From the human T2T-CHM13v2.0 reference genome, Homo sapiens, in assembly GCF_009914755.1 (NCBI RefSeq), contig NC_060934.1: a stretch of DNA of 64,000 nucleotides, one strand, 5' to 3'. Position 1 is the stretch's first letter. Each line of letters starts with the position of its first letter. A program made the translations under genes and the position numbers. Shown piece by piece: positions 1-15,779 of this stretch. The notes under the pieces are model-generated. The model saw nothing but the letters and a program-made list of their open reading frames with translations. It was not told the DNA's origin and did not search any database.

Positions 1-494
1 TTTATATGTATAGTTTTTTACTTAGAACATTGAAAGATGCTTTATCAGAGCCTGTTAATCAGATACCGTTTAAGGTCTAAGTGTGTTTTTAAACATTGTG
101 GTTTAAAGGCAGTGTATAAAGTCTTTTTCTGCCTTCTCCATCTTTCTCTTACTATTTGGACATACTGTTTTTAAATAGGCTGGATATAAGACAGATAAAC
201 AAGCTAAAATGTATTTGCTTATTTTTAAATTTTAATTAAACTATATTTTAAAGTAGTGTGTTCTGTTTTGTGTAGAATGCAGAAAGCCACAAGAGAATAT
301 GGCTATTAACAGCAACAACAAAATGACAAAAAAGTGCCAGGTTATACTAAAGTCATAAATTTCCTTGAGCTGAAGTCACAATGTGAGCAAAAAAAAAACA
401 AATTCCATTGAGTGACAATTAGGATAATTTCATGGTGAGATGTGACCATACATTGTTTCACCTTTGGCAGAAAAGGTTAAAAGTGGCTGCCATA

Positions 495-636
495 GGCTGG
501 GCACGGTGGCTTATGCCTGTAATCTCAACACATTGGGAGGCTGAGGTGGGATGATTACTTGAGCTCAGGAGTTTGACAGCAGCCTGGGCAATAAAGTGAG
601 ACCATGTCTCTACAAAAAACAAAACAAAACAAAACA
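495..636 (+). mobile_element. Alu left monomer (FLAM_C-like)
   Basis: ggctgggcacggtggc...gagaccatgtctctac followed by an A/(CAAAA)n tail; no right arm. Confidence 0.85.
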
Positions 637-699
637 GCTAAAATTGTAATAAATAAGGTTAGAATTATAGACACCCACAAACACAAGGGGAGTCTCCCC

Positions 700-2170
700 T
701 CATTTGAAAACTTCTTTGCGTAGATTTCTGTAAGATAGATTGGGGGACAAGGCAGGACACAAGAGAATATTCCTTCATGGTGTAAGAATAGGAACAAATC
801 AGCAAGGCTGGTGCACAGGCAGCAACCCTTGTGCAATTCCCCAGACCTTTATCTCAGATGAAACAAGGGCCGTAAGTATTAGAGGGAGGAGGAGGAAGTG
901 TGCCCATCCCTGGTGCTCAGGCAAAGGTCTACTGCTTCTGGAAAAGAGGTATAAGCAAAAATCCCCTACCCCTGGGGGAGGAGCAGGAAGTCCTCTCAGG
1001 TGTAAGATCTTGCACCAATACAAAGTAGAGGTCTACTATGGATTGAGAAGGGGCAGAAAATTCTCTTGCACCCAAGACCCCCTGTAAATGTGAAGCAGAG
1101 GATGGCTGCCATGATGCCATAAGAAAGAGGGGGAAAAAATCTTGAGAAAGCCCATACCAAGGCTTACACATGCAGGCTGTACAAGGAGAACAGAGGAACC
1201 CCTATTCCATGACCCACCTCTTCCTTATAAGAGTGGAACCCAGCAGCAAGGAGGAGCAGTCTAACACTGTGGGACAGATCAGAGTGTGGGCAGAAACCTC
1301 TTCTGTGGCACAAGCATATAGAGAGCACTGAGAGCTGAGGACTGAGTAAGAAGACTGAGAAAACCCTACAGCACCAGGCCTCTATTCTAAGACTGAGTTG
1401 ACACCATTCCACCAATAAAAGAATTTTTGAAGCTTTTGGCACAGTGGAAGTAATAATTGCAACAGCAAAATCCAAATAATTCCTGAATAGCTTTACTTAA
1501 CAGAGTAAATGTCTGTAATGTCCATTTACAGGCATAAACTCTATTTACCTCACTTCTTACTGTTCTTCCACACCATGTCTGGCATTCAATCAAGTAGGAC
1601 GCAAAAAGCCTACAAAATATAAAACAACCATTTTCAAGAAATGAAGTAACAGAGCCAGATAGAGATAACCCAGATATTGGAACTGTCAGACAGGAACTCT
1701 GATTCAACTCTGATTAATACATTGCAAAATAGCAGAAAGCACAAACATGCCTGAAGCGATGGAGAAATTCAGTAGAGTGGTGGAAATAAGAAATAATCTA
1801 ATAGAAATGCTAGAAATATCTTTCTAAAAAGATAAAAAGATGAAGAATTTCTTCAGTGAGTTCATCAATAGGCTAACACAGATGAATCAGTGAATTCAAA
1901 AATAGGGCAGTAAATATTATTCACACTAAAATACAAAGAAAAAACTGTGTGTCTATGTGGGCGGGGGAGGGGAGCAGAGTCAGAACGGAACAAAATTATG
2001 AGAAAAATCAAATTGTAATTGGAATCCCAGAAAAGGAATAAAGAGAAAATGGGCATAAGAAATATTAGAAAAAATGTCTGAGAATATTCCAGAAATAAAA
2101 AAAGAAAAAACTCAAAATCAAACTCACAAAAAAATGCAGCTCCAAAGAGTTGAGAACTACAAGGATAAAA
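700..2170 (+). mobile_element. Old L1M 5'UTR/ORF1 remnant
   Basis: A-rich; the 1750-2170 segment resembles degenerate L1 ORF1 (gagttcatcaataggct...gaatcagtgaa; aattggaatcccagaaaagga). Boundaries approximate. Confidence 0.5.
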
Positions 2171-2813
2171 AAGCAGGATAAGAGTAATATATAATTATTG
2201 CATAAAATCTAAGCAATTCAGGTAACCAAAAATAAAAAAATTAAAATACCGATAAGCTGGCCAAACAAAATAAGTTATTAACATATCACTAAAAGTCATT
2301 CCAGTCCTGTCTATGCATTTATGAGCTTTTTTATTTTTGATTGCCAAAATATATTTTTTCAAATCAAAGTAAGTTCCCAGGACAAATTATTATTATGATG
2401 ATTTCTAATCCTTTGACCTGAGCATTCCAACATCCTCAGAAGCTTAGATTTTAAGGTGAAAGGAAATTGAAAGAACACTTCCATTGACCTGGACCGGCAT
2501 CTTAATGTTCTAGTACATTTATGCAGTGTTAAAAACTAAATAACCAATAACTCTCACAACTACAGAATAGATACCAATACTTGGGCATTGGCATTATCAG
2601 CCTTGGAAAACACACACACACACACACATACACACATATACACATGTATATGTATGTGTATACAATTTTATTATAAAATCTTTCAAGAAACAATTCTAGA
2701 GTTTCAAATAGACCAGTGACTCTAAGCTTACTATAATACTTCAAGGTGAAGACTGCTAAGGCAAAATTTTCATATTTCATGGCTATTCTATCTTTTCTTC
2801 AATATAAAAATAT

Positions 2814-2814
<1 letters not shown>

Positions 2815-2849
<35 letters not shown>

Positions 2850-3129
2850 GAGGCAGAGTCTTGCTCTCTTGCCCAGGATGGAGTGCAGTGGCATGATTTT
2901 GCTCACTGCATGCTCGGCCTCCTGGGTTCACGCCATTCTCCTGCCTCAGCCTCCCAAGTGGCTGGGACTACAGGTGCCCGCCACCATGCCCGGCTAATTT
3001 TTTGTATTTTTAGTAGAGACGGGGTTTCACCGTGTTAGCCAGGATGGTCTCGATCTCCTGACCTCGTGATCCACCCACCTCGGCCTCCCAAAGTGCTGGG
3101 ATTACAGGCGTGAGCTACCGCGCCCGGCC
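2815..3129 (-). mobile_element. AluY
   Basis: Full dimer with (TTTA)n tail; AluY-type ttcacgccattctc and ccgtgttagccaggatggtctcgatctcctgacctcgtg. Confidence 0.92.
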
Positions 3130-3777
3130 AAAAATTTATTTTATGATTTATATATATTCTGTTTTTTCCTTGCCTGCTGGCTATGATAGTTATTTTATTG
3201 AATTTAGATGTTTACTGTCCATAATATAATTTAGGTTTGGAAAAACTTATTTAGAATTAATTAAAGATGTTCATCTTGTATTTCATGGTGTCACTTAAAA
3301 CCCAAGTGGCTTTTTTTCCCCAAATATTTAATCTCTAGAAGGTTTGCTAGTTAAATTCAAATTCTAATCACCATTATTTTACTCTTTAAAGTTAGCCCAA
3401 ATATAATACATATTTTTATATTCAGGTAAAAACACCCTAAACTCAATCAATCGTGAAATTTAAAAACAAAACTAATGTATGCAAAAAACACAGAATGCAG
3501 GTAGATTCACATAAAAAAGAAATGTGTTGATTTTCTGACAATCGAAAGAATATATATGAATTACTTTGGAAGTTTATTCCTAAACTTTTTAAATTAATAA
3601 ACTTTTTAAATTAATAAAACTTACAAAAAATTGGCTTGGTAGATCTAAATGTTGCTTCATTTTGGTGGTGACTATAAAATCAGAGTGCGAGCTATTACTT
3701 CATTCATCTATATTTCCTCCACGGTTAGTATCCTGTTTTGCACATGGCCCAAATATCTATTAAAAATGAATTGATGA

Positions 3778-4080
3778 GGCCAGGCACGGTGGCTCATACC
3801 TGTAATCCCAGCACTTTGGGATGCCAAGGCGGGCGGATCACCAGGTAAGGAGATCGAGACCATCCTGGCTAACATGGTAAAACCCCGTCTCTACTAAAAA
3901 TACAAAAAATTAGCTGGGCGTGGTGGCGGGCGCCTGTAGTCCTAGCTTCTCAGGAGGCTGAGGCAGGAGAATGGCGTGAACCCGGGAGGTGGAGCTTGCA
4001 GTGAGCGAGATTGCGCCACTGCACTCCAGCCTGGGGCACAGAGTGAGTCTCCGTCTCAAAAAAAAAAAAAAAAAAAAAAA
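3778..4080 (+). mobile_element. AluY
   Basis: Full dimer, gaatggcgtgaacc, polyA; TSD gaattgatga at 3768-3777 and 4081-4090. Confidence 0.93.
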
Positions 4081-5174
4081 GAATTGATGAGTAACATGTT
4101 AAATAATTATGGCTTTTAAAAAATTTTAGCTGATATTAAATCATTATTTTATTATTGCCAAAATAGAAGTGATGAAATTTTGTCGATGAACACATTTAAA
4201 ATAAAACTAAATTCAGAATTTATTAATTTGAATAAAAATTGAATAGATATTTACAAAATAAATAAATTTACATACACATAATATAGATATATTTGTAAAT
4301 GTGTATATGGATATGTTTATATGCTGTTTAAAAAGTATAGACAAAGAAAAACTAAATTATGATGTTTCACATATAGAGTTCGGCATGACTATATATACAG
4401 GCACATATAAACTATTATGATTGTATATCAATATATATTTTTAACTAAAAATGTTTCATTGAGATAGAATTTCATTACAAGACCCAGTTGGACACTAGGT
4501 GTCACCAGAGTAAAGAAAATTCTGTTAACAATTTTTTTTTTTTAAGTATTTAAGTGTGCTCGAATAACATCCAAAGAAAGTAAGTAGCAGGATTTTCTTT
4601 AAGATTCTGCACTTTATTTATTTTTAGGATTTATAACTCAAATTTTTAAGTTCCTGCTAGGATGAAATTTCACATAGAGCATGAACTTAAATGGGAATGA
4701 TTATCCCACCTGCTCTCCACCTGTAAGTTAAAGAAAAAAGCAGATATTGATTTTTGCTGATTTAGTAGACCTGTAAGAAAGGTGGATTTCTTCTTAAAAT
4801 GCAAGCATATGAAAATCATTGCAGAAAAACTGCCTCTTTAAGAATCTGTGCTTTCCTCATTAATAGCCAGTGCCCTTGAGCAAGAGTGAGGAGCTGGCAG
4901 CAGGTGATTTCAAGGAGCTGTTCCTTGTTCTTAAGTACAAAAGGTCATCTGATGCCCATAAAGAAAATGGGCCCTCTGAAGTCACTGTAGCCCACACTTA
5001 GACCTGAAAACTTTAAGGCATGAGAATCCTAGGTATTTCAGGTTCTTTGCTTACACTTCACTTTCAGTAACTATTTGGTGGGTTTTAAACTTTAAGTACT
5101 TATAGCCTCAAGTCAGAATCATCTATGGTTGCTATTGTAACCAAAGAGCTGTTACAGATAACAAAAAGCACTTA

Positions 5175-5507
<333 letters not shown>

Positions 5508-6689
5508 CTATATTTTTTCAGCATTTAGCTCCCAATGATGCTAGAAGCTGAATACGGTAGAAAAGGTCACCAACCATGTCCTATTTAACTTTAGGCTTTT
5601 TGAATTTATGATACTATTTGAGCTTTTACATGAGAAATGCCAAATATGCTGTACAAATAAAGCTGTCTATGCTTTATAGGAGGCATGGGGTCTTAGAACC
5701 CTTGACTTCACATGGTTGGTGTCATAAATTACATCTCCCACTAAAGTCTGTGACACATGACACGTAGCTATATGCTAAGAAGCAGGACTAGGATGCCTGT
5801 TTTCCCAAAGGTATAAAAATCCTTGCAGAATCACAGCAACGGGAGAATGTGGAGATATTTTGCAATGGCAGGATTACCACGTTAAGATAAAAATATGGCA
5901 TGCAAATCTCAGACACTATTTAGGTGAATAAAAACAACATATACCATCTGGTATAAATTAGTGATATTTAATTTAAAAAGCAGAGACAATATTAATCAAT
6001 AAGTAATTTTCCCATCTCATGACTGGATTTTAATTGAAAGTATGAATTATTACCATTTCCCAAATGTCTCATTCCTTATTAAAAACTTTATATTATTAAC
6101 CCAAGTATATAAATATTAAGAGCATATAATTCAGTATTTACAGATGTTTAAATTTAAATAATTTTAATTACTATATATGATAAATATTCTAAAATTCGTA
6201 GACTCAATGCTCTTTTCTGAGTCTATATTTTGAGGTTTTTTTAGGGGGAGAAGGGCAATATATTCTAAAGTCCTTTGATACATCAGAAAATAACTTTTGC
6301 TTCTAATGCCACAATTGACATATTTCTTGCTCGACTGAAAGTATATTCCCTTAAGAGTCTTGTATGTGCTTGGTTTGCCTTGTTATTAGAACAATGAGGT
6401 TACTAAACTTTGGAGGAAATGGCTCTACCAGTGCATGCCAGGAGACACTACCAATCATAGTGAAATGTTTGCTTGCTTGTTTTTAAATGTTTGTAACCCA
6501 GTACTGTTGAAGTCTGTCTTATTGAAGTACTATTCATTATTTTCCTTTTCTGTCACCACTCCACGCCCACTGGTCTCTCGGCTTCGCAATTTCTTTTCTG
6601 ATGATATCCTTGAAGTAGACTAAGAAAAGATGATGTGTAAAAAAGGAGGAGGAGCAAATTCACTTGGAAAATATCAGTTAATAGTTGAA

Positions 6690-6822
6690 TGCCTGCAATT
6701 CCAGCTAGTCGGGAGATGAAACAGAAGAATCGCTTGAACCCGGGAGGTGGAGGTTGCAGTGACTCCAGCCTGGGCGACAGAGCAAGATTTTATCTCCAAA
6801 GGGAAAAAAAAAAAAAAAAAAC
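6690..6822 (+). mobile_element. Alu right-arm fragment with ~20-bp internal deletion
   Basis: gaatcgcttgaacccgggaggtggaggttgcagtga joined directly to ctccagcctgggcgacagagc, then polyA. Confidence 0.85.
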
Positions 6823-7095
6823 AACCCCAGGAACCTGAAGATAATGGATGTACTGAGAGACACAGACTAGTCTAACATCATTTGGACTGTGTTTTTCAGA
6901 TTTTTTTTCCTGAGAGATTTATGCTCATTTAACAAAAATAAGAGAGGCCTCGGAGTCAAACCATATTATACTCTTGACATTTTGTAGGAGGCACAAACAA
7001 TAATGATATAATGTTGAGGAGTACAGATGTCTGGCTGGCTTCAATTTTAATTTCCTTTGCCTTTCAATTGCATAACCTTAGACAAGTAATCTTAA

Positions 7096-7487
<392 letters not shown>

Positions 7488-8669
7488 TAGCACATAGTAA
7501 CTATTCAACAAAATGAATCTTATTTTTATTAATTTGACTGAAATATTTCCATTAATAAGCTTCTTCCTTGTCTCAAATTCATTCAAGGCCTTTAATTAAT
7601 TTGTGGAATAGGAAAGTATACTTCTCACTAGTATAATCAATCAGTTCACAAATCAAAACGCAAACAGGAGTACCTAGTTAAATACAATGCAATAGATGGC
7701 TCTCTGTCCCAATACTTTGGTCTAACAATTTATGCCTTCTCCAGTGCATTTTGGCATTGATTTGACATGTTCCAAGGAAATCCTTCATATAAGCATAGAT
7801 TAATTGTGTGTGATCCTACAGTGAAGAAACATATCTATTGTGCTTGGGTTCTTTTCTATTTTCAGTGCAATACTGCAGAATCATTTCACTAAAAAAAATA
7901 GATGTGGAATAAAATATAACTGTACCAATTCCTTCATGGTAGCAGGGAATCATGAATAAAAGAAGTCTAAAAACAAATTATGTCATTTAAAACATGCAAT
8001 AATGTCTTCACTTTGAGCATTTTTTTGTTAAACTTTTAAAGATCTTTTGGGACAAAGTATATCTTATGATAAAAAGACATATAGCCTAATCTTAACTGCT
8101 TCTGTATCTTTTTCTTATAAATGTAAGTAAAACTAAATACCTTTTAATTGAGAACACATTTCATAAAAATCTATCTTTTCATTTATCATCTATATCTATA
8201 TACTAAGTATTTTCTACATCTATATTCATTACCTATATGTATATAAATTTCCTCACATATATACATATACCCCCACACACACAAAGAAAAAGAGATTTGC
8301 AATGATGTTTATCTAACCCATAATATTTGTATCATACACACACATATCAAGAAAGATGTCCATAATGATGTTTATGTAATGTTAATAATGCTTAGAGCTG
8401 GATGGTATGATTTTGAGTTTACCTTTTATAACTTTCTTCTTCATATATTATATTGCTTATATTTCTTTATAATGGGAATAAAAGAACAATATAGTTATAT
8501 TTTTAAAAAATCTCCTTAACTCCCTATTTCCTCTCCCCAACTTCGTGATAAAAAAAGTCTTCATATAAATCTATATTTTCTAGTTTAAAAATGAAAAAAA
8601 TTAAATTGGATTCAGGGCTTTTCATAAAATTATAGCAAAACTCACTCAGGGAAGTGTTAAGTAGGAAAA

Positions 8670-9180
8670 TTTTCATTTATTCATTCCTTCAACAGATGTT
8701 TATTCAATGCCTATCCTGGGCCAGAAGCCATTCCAGACACATGGAATACATCAGTGAACAAAATACAATCTTTGATGTCAAAGAAGAATTTACATTCAAA
8801 TTGAACAAGACAAGTAACAGATCATGGATTGATAAAATTGGTAAAAGTGTTCAGAATAAATATCATTGAGACTTTGATATTTGAGCAAAAACTTTAGGGA
8901 ACAATGTGTGCTGTGGCTATTCTAGGAATGAGTGTTCTAAGAAAAGAGAATTGCTAACTGCTTGTATAAATGTGCTGATGTAGTAGTGTGTGGCCAGAGC
9001 AGATCACGTGGGGACTTTGAGGATTGTAAGAGCATTGTTTTTTGTTCTGAGTGAGATAAGAATCTGTTGCTGGTTTTGAATACTAAAGTAATATGATCTA
9101 CCTTACATTTAAAGGAGGCACACTGGTTGCTGTGTTGAGACTAGGCTGAGTAGAATCAGGAAAACTAGTTAGTAAAGAAC
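8670..9180 (-). mobile_element. L2 3' fragment
   Basis: ttcatttattcattccttcaacagatgtttatt is the reverse complement of the L2 3' terminus; L2-like sequence follows. Confidence 0.7.
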
Positions 9181-9199
9181 TTAAGTACATGAAGGTTCA

Positions 9200-10867
9200 T
9201 TAAATGCTCAGCCTACTCAATAATTTAGAAGAAAAGACACAACCCAATCCATGACTATTAGCCATATGAAATAAAATATAAATATCAGAGCAGATATAAG
9301 CAAAACTTTGACCAAAAAGAAAACACAAAAAATCAAGAAACAGAAAATTTGCTTTTTTGGAAAAAACATGATATGACCATAAAAACAGACACGTACACCA
9401 ATGAAACAGAAGAGAAAACTCCAAAATAAATCCACACTCTTACAGCCAATCATTTTTGACCAAGATGTGAAGAACATACACTGGGGAAAGGACAATTTTT
9501 AATGTATGATGATAAGAAACTGGATATCCATATTCAGAAAAATAAAAATAGATTCCCATCTTTTTCTATGTACAAAAATCCACTCAAAATGGATTAAAAG
9601 CTTAAACATAAGACATAAAACTGTAAAACTACTAGTAGAAAATATTGGGAAGAGACTTCAGGACATTGGTGTGAGCAAAGATTTTGTAAGACTCCAAAGA
9701 AATATAAATTTTCCAATGAAAGCAAAAATAGGCAAATGGGATTACATTAGGCAGAAAAGCTTTTACACAGCAAATGAAACAATTGTCAAAGAGACAACCT
9801 ATAGAATAAGAGAAAATATTTGCAAACTATCCAATCAACAAGAGATTAATAACCAGAATATATAAGGAACTCAACAGATAAAAACCAAATAATCCAATTT
9901 AAAAATGGGCCAAGGATCTGAATAGACAATTCTCAAAAGAAGATATACAAAGAGTCAATAGGCATATGAAAAAATGCTCGACATCACTAATCATCAAGGC
10001 AATGAAAATCAAAATCACAATGAAATATTATCTCATCCCAACTGTAATTGCTATTGTCAAAAAACAAACAAACAAAAAATAACAAATGCTGTAAGGATAT
10101 GGAGAAGGAGGAACATTTATACATTCTTGGGGGGAATGTAAAATAGTACAGCCATTATGGAAAACAGTATGGAGGTTCCTCAAAAAACTAAAAATAGAAC
10201 TATAACATGATTCAGTAATCCCACTGCTAGGTATACATCCAAAAGAAAGAAAATCAATATATTGAAGAGTTATCTGCATGCCTATGTTTATCACAGCACT
10301 ATTCACAGTAGTCAAGATATGGAATCAACCAAAATGTTTATCAACAGATGAGTGGATAAAGCAAATACAGTATATATATACAATCAAATATTATTTAGCC
10401 ATAAAAAGAACAAAATCCTGTCATTTGCAGAAACATGGAAGAAACTGAAGGTTATTATGTAAAGTGGAATAAGCCAGGCAAAGAAGAAATATCACATATT
10501 CTCATTCATATGTGGGAGCTAAAAAATGGATCTCATGGAGGTAGAGAGTAGAATGGTGCTTACCAGAGGCTGAGAGGGGAAGAAAGATGGGGATAATGAT
10601 AAAATGGTTAATGGATACAAAAATACAGATAGAGAAAATAAATAAGTTATAGTATTCAACAGTACGGTAGGGAATTTATAGTTAAAAATAATGTGTTGTA
10701 TATTTCAAAACAGCTAGATAAGAAGAATTGTAATGGTCCCAATACAAAGAAAAATATTGGAGTTGATGGATATTCCAATTATGCTGATTTATCAGTACAC
10801 ATTATATATATATGAATCCAAATATCACATATATCCCAAAAATATGTACAACTAGGTTATATCAATA
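9200..10867 (+). mobile_element. L1MA-type LINE-1, 5'-truncated (ORF2 pieces + 3'UTR)
   Basis: ORF 9506..9865 (NWISIFRKIKIDSHLFLCTKIHSKWIKSLNIR...) is degenerate L1 ORF2 C-terminus; L1MA-type 3'UTR (ggatctcatggaggtagagagtagaatgg...). Confidence 0.9.
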
Positions 10868-10876
10868 GTGTATGTG

Positions 10877-10878
<2 letters not shown>

Positions 10879-10908
<30 letters not shown>
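10879..10908. repeat. (CA)n microsatellite
   Basis: About 14 CA units at the L1 tail. Confidence 0.95.
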
Positions 10909-10912
<4 letters not shown>

Positions 10913-11834
10913 AAAAAAGAATTAAAAAATGAATGCCAAAAATTTCCCTGAATCTGACTTCTTGGTAGCAATATACGTATTTAAAATGCAAATAGTACAA
11001 TCAAGTATGAAGCAAAACAGTATCTGATTATGTCGAGCATTCTCAAAACAGAGAACTGGCTGTGATTGGTCTTCTAAAAAGTGAAAAATATGTTAATAAA
11101 TTTGGATGATAATTACAATTATTGAATAAAAATTACATTTTAAGGCTATATTGTTCCACTTTACTTTGAATGCTCTCTAACATACTCCTGTTAATGTCTA
11201 TTTAATTATGTCACCTTTAGGAAAAGTTTTAAAAACAGAAAACTTCTAAAGAAATACGTTAATATAGCTAATACAAACATTTTATGTAACATATGTTAGT
11301 ATAGTACCACATACTAATTAATGTCCAATACAAAACAGTTTATCTAAATAACCTTCTTAGAATAAATGCTGAAAGGTTTATTTAACTGATTTTTTTCCTA
11401 TGCAGATAGCATTATTTTAAAATCACAAACTAAGGGTGTCAATAAACAATTGGTTCGCTTAACTTACTTATTCTTGAACCAAGTTATTTTTGGTAGATGC
11501 TCTAAATTTCAATTTACAGCATTACCTTATCCAGTTACCTGTATATACATCTTCAATTAGTTTCAACTAGAAATTGCATTATGAAAAACTGTAGTGTAAG
11601 GTGTTTACTGATAGTTTTATAGCTGGGACAGGTATTTACTCATGGTTGATTTAGCTTTTTATTTATTTTTTTACACTAAAATTATTACAGCAGCCATAAT
11701 CTCAATTACCCATTTGTCTGTGTGAATGAGTTGAGTTAAAATTACCATGTGATGAGAATTTCTGGTTTTGCATGCTCAGTTTACTCCCAAGAAAAGATGG
11801 GTTGGGTTTTTAATTAGGTTTGCCTCCTAAGAGG

Positions 11835-12080
11835 CAGTGTAACAGAGGAAACTCCATCTGCTGGTGGCTGGTAGACGTAGATTAAAATTAAACCTCCATT
11901 ATTGTGTCTTTGTGGAAATTACTTAACTTTTCAAAGTTTCAGGGAATTTATCTGTACAGTGGGAAAAGTAGTCAAACCTACCTCAAAGGTCCTCTGTGAT
12001 AGGTTAAGGAGACTACACCCATTAAATGCACAAAAATCTAACCAATATGAAGCGTGTCATAAATGTTGGCTACCTGTTGT
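11835..12080 (+). mobile_element. MIR
   Basis: Core-like gtggaaattacttaacttttc...tttatctgtacagtggg...cctacctcaaagg. Confidence 0.6.
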
Positions 12081-14409
12081 GATGGTTACAAGAACTCTTC
12101 AGATTTCATGATTATAAACCCTACTTAGGCTTTTGTTGAGGTAAATGGCTTATATTTATCTAGCATCATAGAGAGTTCCACCCCAAGTGCTTATCAATAT
12201 TTTTACACAAGCTTAGCTAAATTAATCAATAGGCATTGCAGCTGGCTGGAGGGATAAAAATACAGGCATACAGTTCCTACTGTTCTGAACTTCTTTCCTC
12301 CATTAATACAGACCCACAGGGACTCTACCCAGACCATATCCTAAGTAGTGCTCTAGATGCCATGGAGCATTTTGTTCATTACATTACATGGTAACCTCTC
12401 TGTGGTATCCCACAAGATAAAAATATTTTCCTCTAATCTGGAATTAGACTTTGAAAGAGTTCTTTTGTCCCAGAAGAGATATGGTTTTGTTAATTTTGTA
12501 ACTGAGTCTGTTCTTTTTGTTTAGCTTGTTTGCTTCTTTCACTTTGGCCCTAACAAGGTGACAGTCAAGTTTGTGACTACTCTATATGGACTATACAGGC
12601 CTTTGCAGCATCTCTGTAATTACTTACTCTTACTCTGATCCTTTCTTTAACTTCTTTCTCATCTGTTTGCTTTATTTTTCTACACTCATTTTTAATGTAT
12701 TTTACCTTTTTTTCTGTGTGAATCATTGTAAACTACTTCTGTTTTTCTTTGGAATAAGGTAGAAAATTAAAACAAAATTAAATTTAGCCTTTAATATTTA
12801 TTAGACATATATGGAAGCATCTAAAATATAATTTATGACTTTCTGATACAAACGGAATTCTCTTGCATAAACATTTTGTGGAGTTTATGTCTCACATTAA
12901 AAAACAGCAGTACAGACTGCGGTAAATTGTGAATAAATTGAAGAAAGTATAGAAAAGAATAATAAATAGGATTAAGAGAACAGAGGAATTGACTCTTGAT
13001 GATTAAAGTGGCCTCTAAAGGAAGTGATATATCTACCTTGTACCATGAGTTGGGGTGAATTACAAAAATAACAAGCTGTTCAATTTGACAAAACTTCTAG
13101 GTTATAAAAAAAAAAAGAGGAGGAAGAGAGGAAATAATTTTAAAAGAAATAAATGTCCACTATGTATTTTAGAGATCTCCATAAAGCAACTGTGATTCAA
13201 ATGTTTTGATAAAATAATATATAATGATGTCCTTATTTTTACACTACAACTATTTTCTAGTTATTTTCTACTTGGTACAAGCAAAAGATCTTAAAAATAA
13301 ACTGAACTGAATGATATTTGAGGGGAGAAAAACAGATTATAATACAAGTTAAGATTAACCGCTCAATCTTTCTTTGCTTTTCTTCCTAATTTCTAGATCT
13401 TAAAATAAAAACATAAATAAAGTTGTCTGGAAATGTTTTTTTCCTTAGTGTTTTATAAGTGAATTTCACTTTTGAACATGAATAACCCCTTACCTTCAAA
13501 TCTCAGGAAAAAATATACCTGTATCAATTATTTTTTCTCCATCATAAGTTGATAAGAACATTTTAAACACTTTAAAATTTTGAAGCACAATTCAAAGATT
13601 CAGTTAATATACGGGTACCTTCATTACGATGATTCATTGTGCATTAATTAATTTTATTTCTTTAATGTATCTTTCGATCATGCTATTTTCTTAAACAAAA
13701 TAGTTTCCCCAAAATTTTGTTTGTATTATTTTCATAGTGCAAATAAAGGCAACATAAACATATTTATCTTTGATTTAAAACTAAACACATAGTGTTTTTA
13801 ATTGATCTTCCAATAAAATATATTTTTAATCTGGGAAGATCTCATTTATCTCTTTTTGAAAACAACAATAGCTCAAAGATTTTAAACTTTTTTCACCTAA
13901 AAGCAAAATGAAAATGTCCTCAATGTTCATTTATTTGTTTGTTTGTTTTGGCTTTCCATTGTCTCCAAAAGTTTGAATACTAAAAAAGTAAAAAAGATAA
14001 AAAGTAGAAAGAATATTGATTCTGACAAAATACACCACCTAAATGTAGCAGCCCTGCCTCATTCTTTAGTTTTTAATCTTTTTTTTTCTATGTTGCTGAG
14101 AAGGCATGGAGAAAGTGTGCAAATATGATTTCTTTTTTTTATATTACATCTCTCAGATGGCAAGTGTTAACTAAGAAAGTTGATTTATTTTGTATATGTA
14201 TATATATTTTTTCCAAACAGAAGCTGTTATAATAGACTATAAGCATTCAGAAATGTGTTAATGAATGAATGAATGACGACCATTAAAATAAGAAACATAT
14301 CTATCTGAAGCAAACATGTCAGCATACAGGACCCTTTACGGAATCAATATGCAATGGAATCTTAAGAAAAAAAGTAAAACCTACTTGATAAGTGATTTGC
14401 TTTTGGTTA

Positions 14410-14747
<338 letters not shown>

Positions 14748-15779
14748 AGAAAAATTTGTACAAATTTGGAAAATCCAAGTCATACAAAATAAAAAAAAGC
14801 TTACCTTAATATACGTGAAATATATTATCAGAGACAAAACACTAATTATTGTGACTTTGAGCCATGTGACAGATGATTAATCCTTAAAGTAAACAATTTA
14901 CTCATATTGGGCTAAGATAACATTCCTCCAAATAATAACTAAGAATCCACGTAAAATAAAACCTTTTAACTCTCAAAAATAGAACAGAACTGAAAATCAT
15001 GGAGCACCTTAGTTTATAATCATCTTTGTTCCATGTGATTATTTCAATACTAAAGTTTTGGAAACAATTAAAAATCCTGCCATATTTAACTAAAAACAGA
15101 ATTTTAAATCTGTGCTTTTTCTACATTTCAAAGAGTTAAGCATTAAAGATGCTACTGCAATGTGCACAAGGATTATTATAAAATAGTAGCTTTTAATTGT
15201 ATAATTGCATATTGGGGTATCTTCAGTTCTGTAAAGAACTATGATTTCTTTAATCATAATTAACCTAATGAGTTAAAGACAAGTCATTCTTCTTGTAAAC
15301 AGAGGTTACTTCTCTACTAAATAATGCTCCAAATGAATATTTCAAAAAGTAGCAAATAAATTTTCTTTCTGTCAAAACAATGAATTTCCAAGGCTTTGAA
15401 TAAAGCTTAGTCACACTTAACCTTTTTTTAAAGAATAGTAAATTATACCTTGAATAATAAATGGTAGGATTTATTATTATATTTCTGGTTTGTATTTTAT
15501 TTTTATGATTGCTTTTAGTTTATTTTATAGCTATTACATTCCTATTACAGAAACATTATTTTCAAAAATTGTACTATTAAAATGGGTGTGCTGCATTATC
15601 TGATAAAAATTAAATCATTCATGGCAATTCTCTGTTGATAATATCTTCAACTCCAACTATATCTTTATGCTAAGTATGCTGAGAGAAAATTGGCATGTAA
15701 TAGACAATACAGCAATTTAATTGTAGAATATGGCAGCTAGGGAGAAGACTACATAACAAAAGAAACTCTTAAGGTATCT

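Noticed and set aside
3581-3614. 17-bp tandem duplication (similar short ones near 28360, 45207, 50957 and 59973)
   Set aside because: Ordinary slippage duplications with no sign of function.
9506-9865. 119-aa ORF with protein-like sequence
   Set aside because: Degenerate L1 ORF2 C-terminus in a truncated, frameshifted element.
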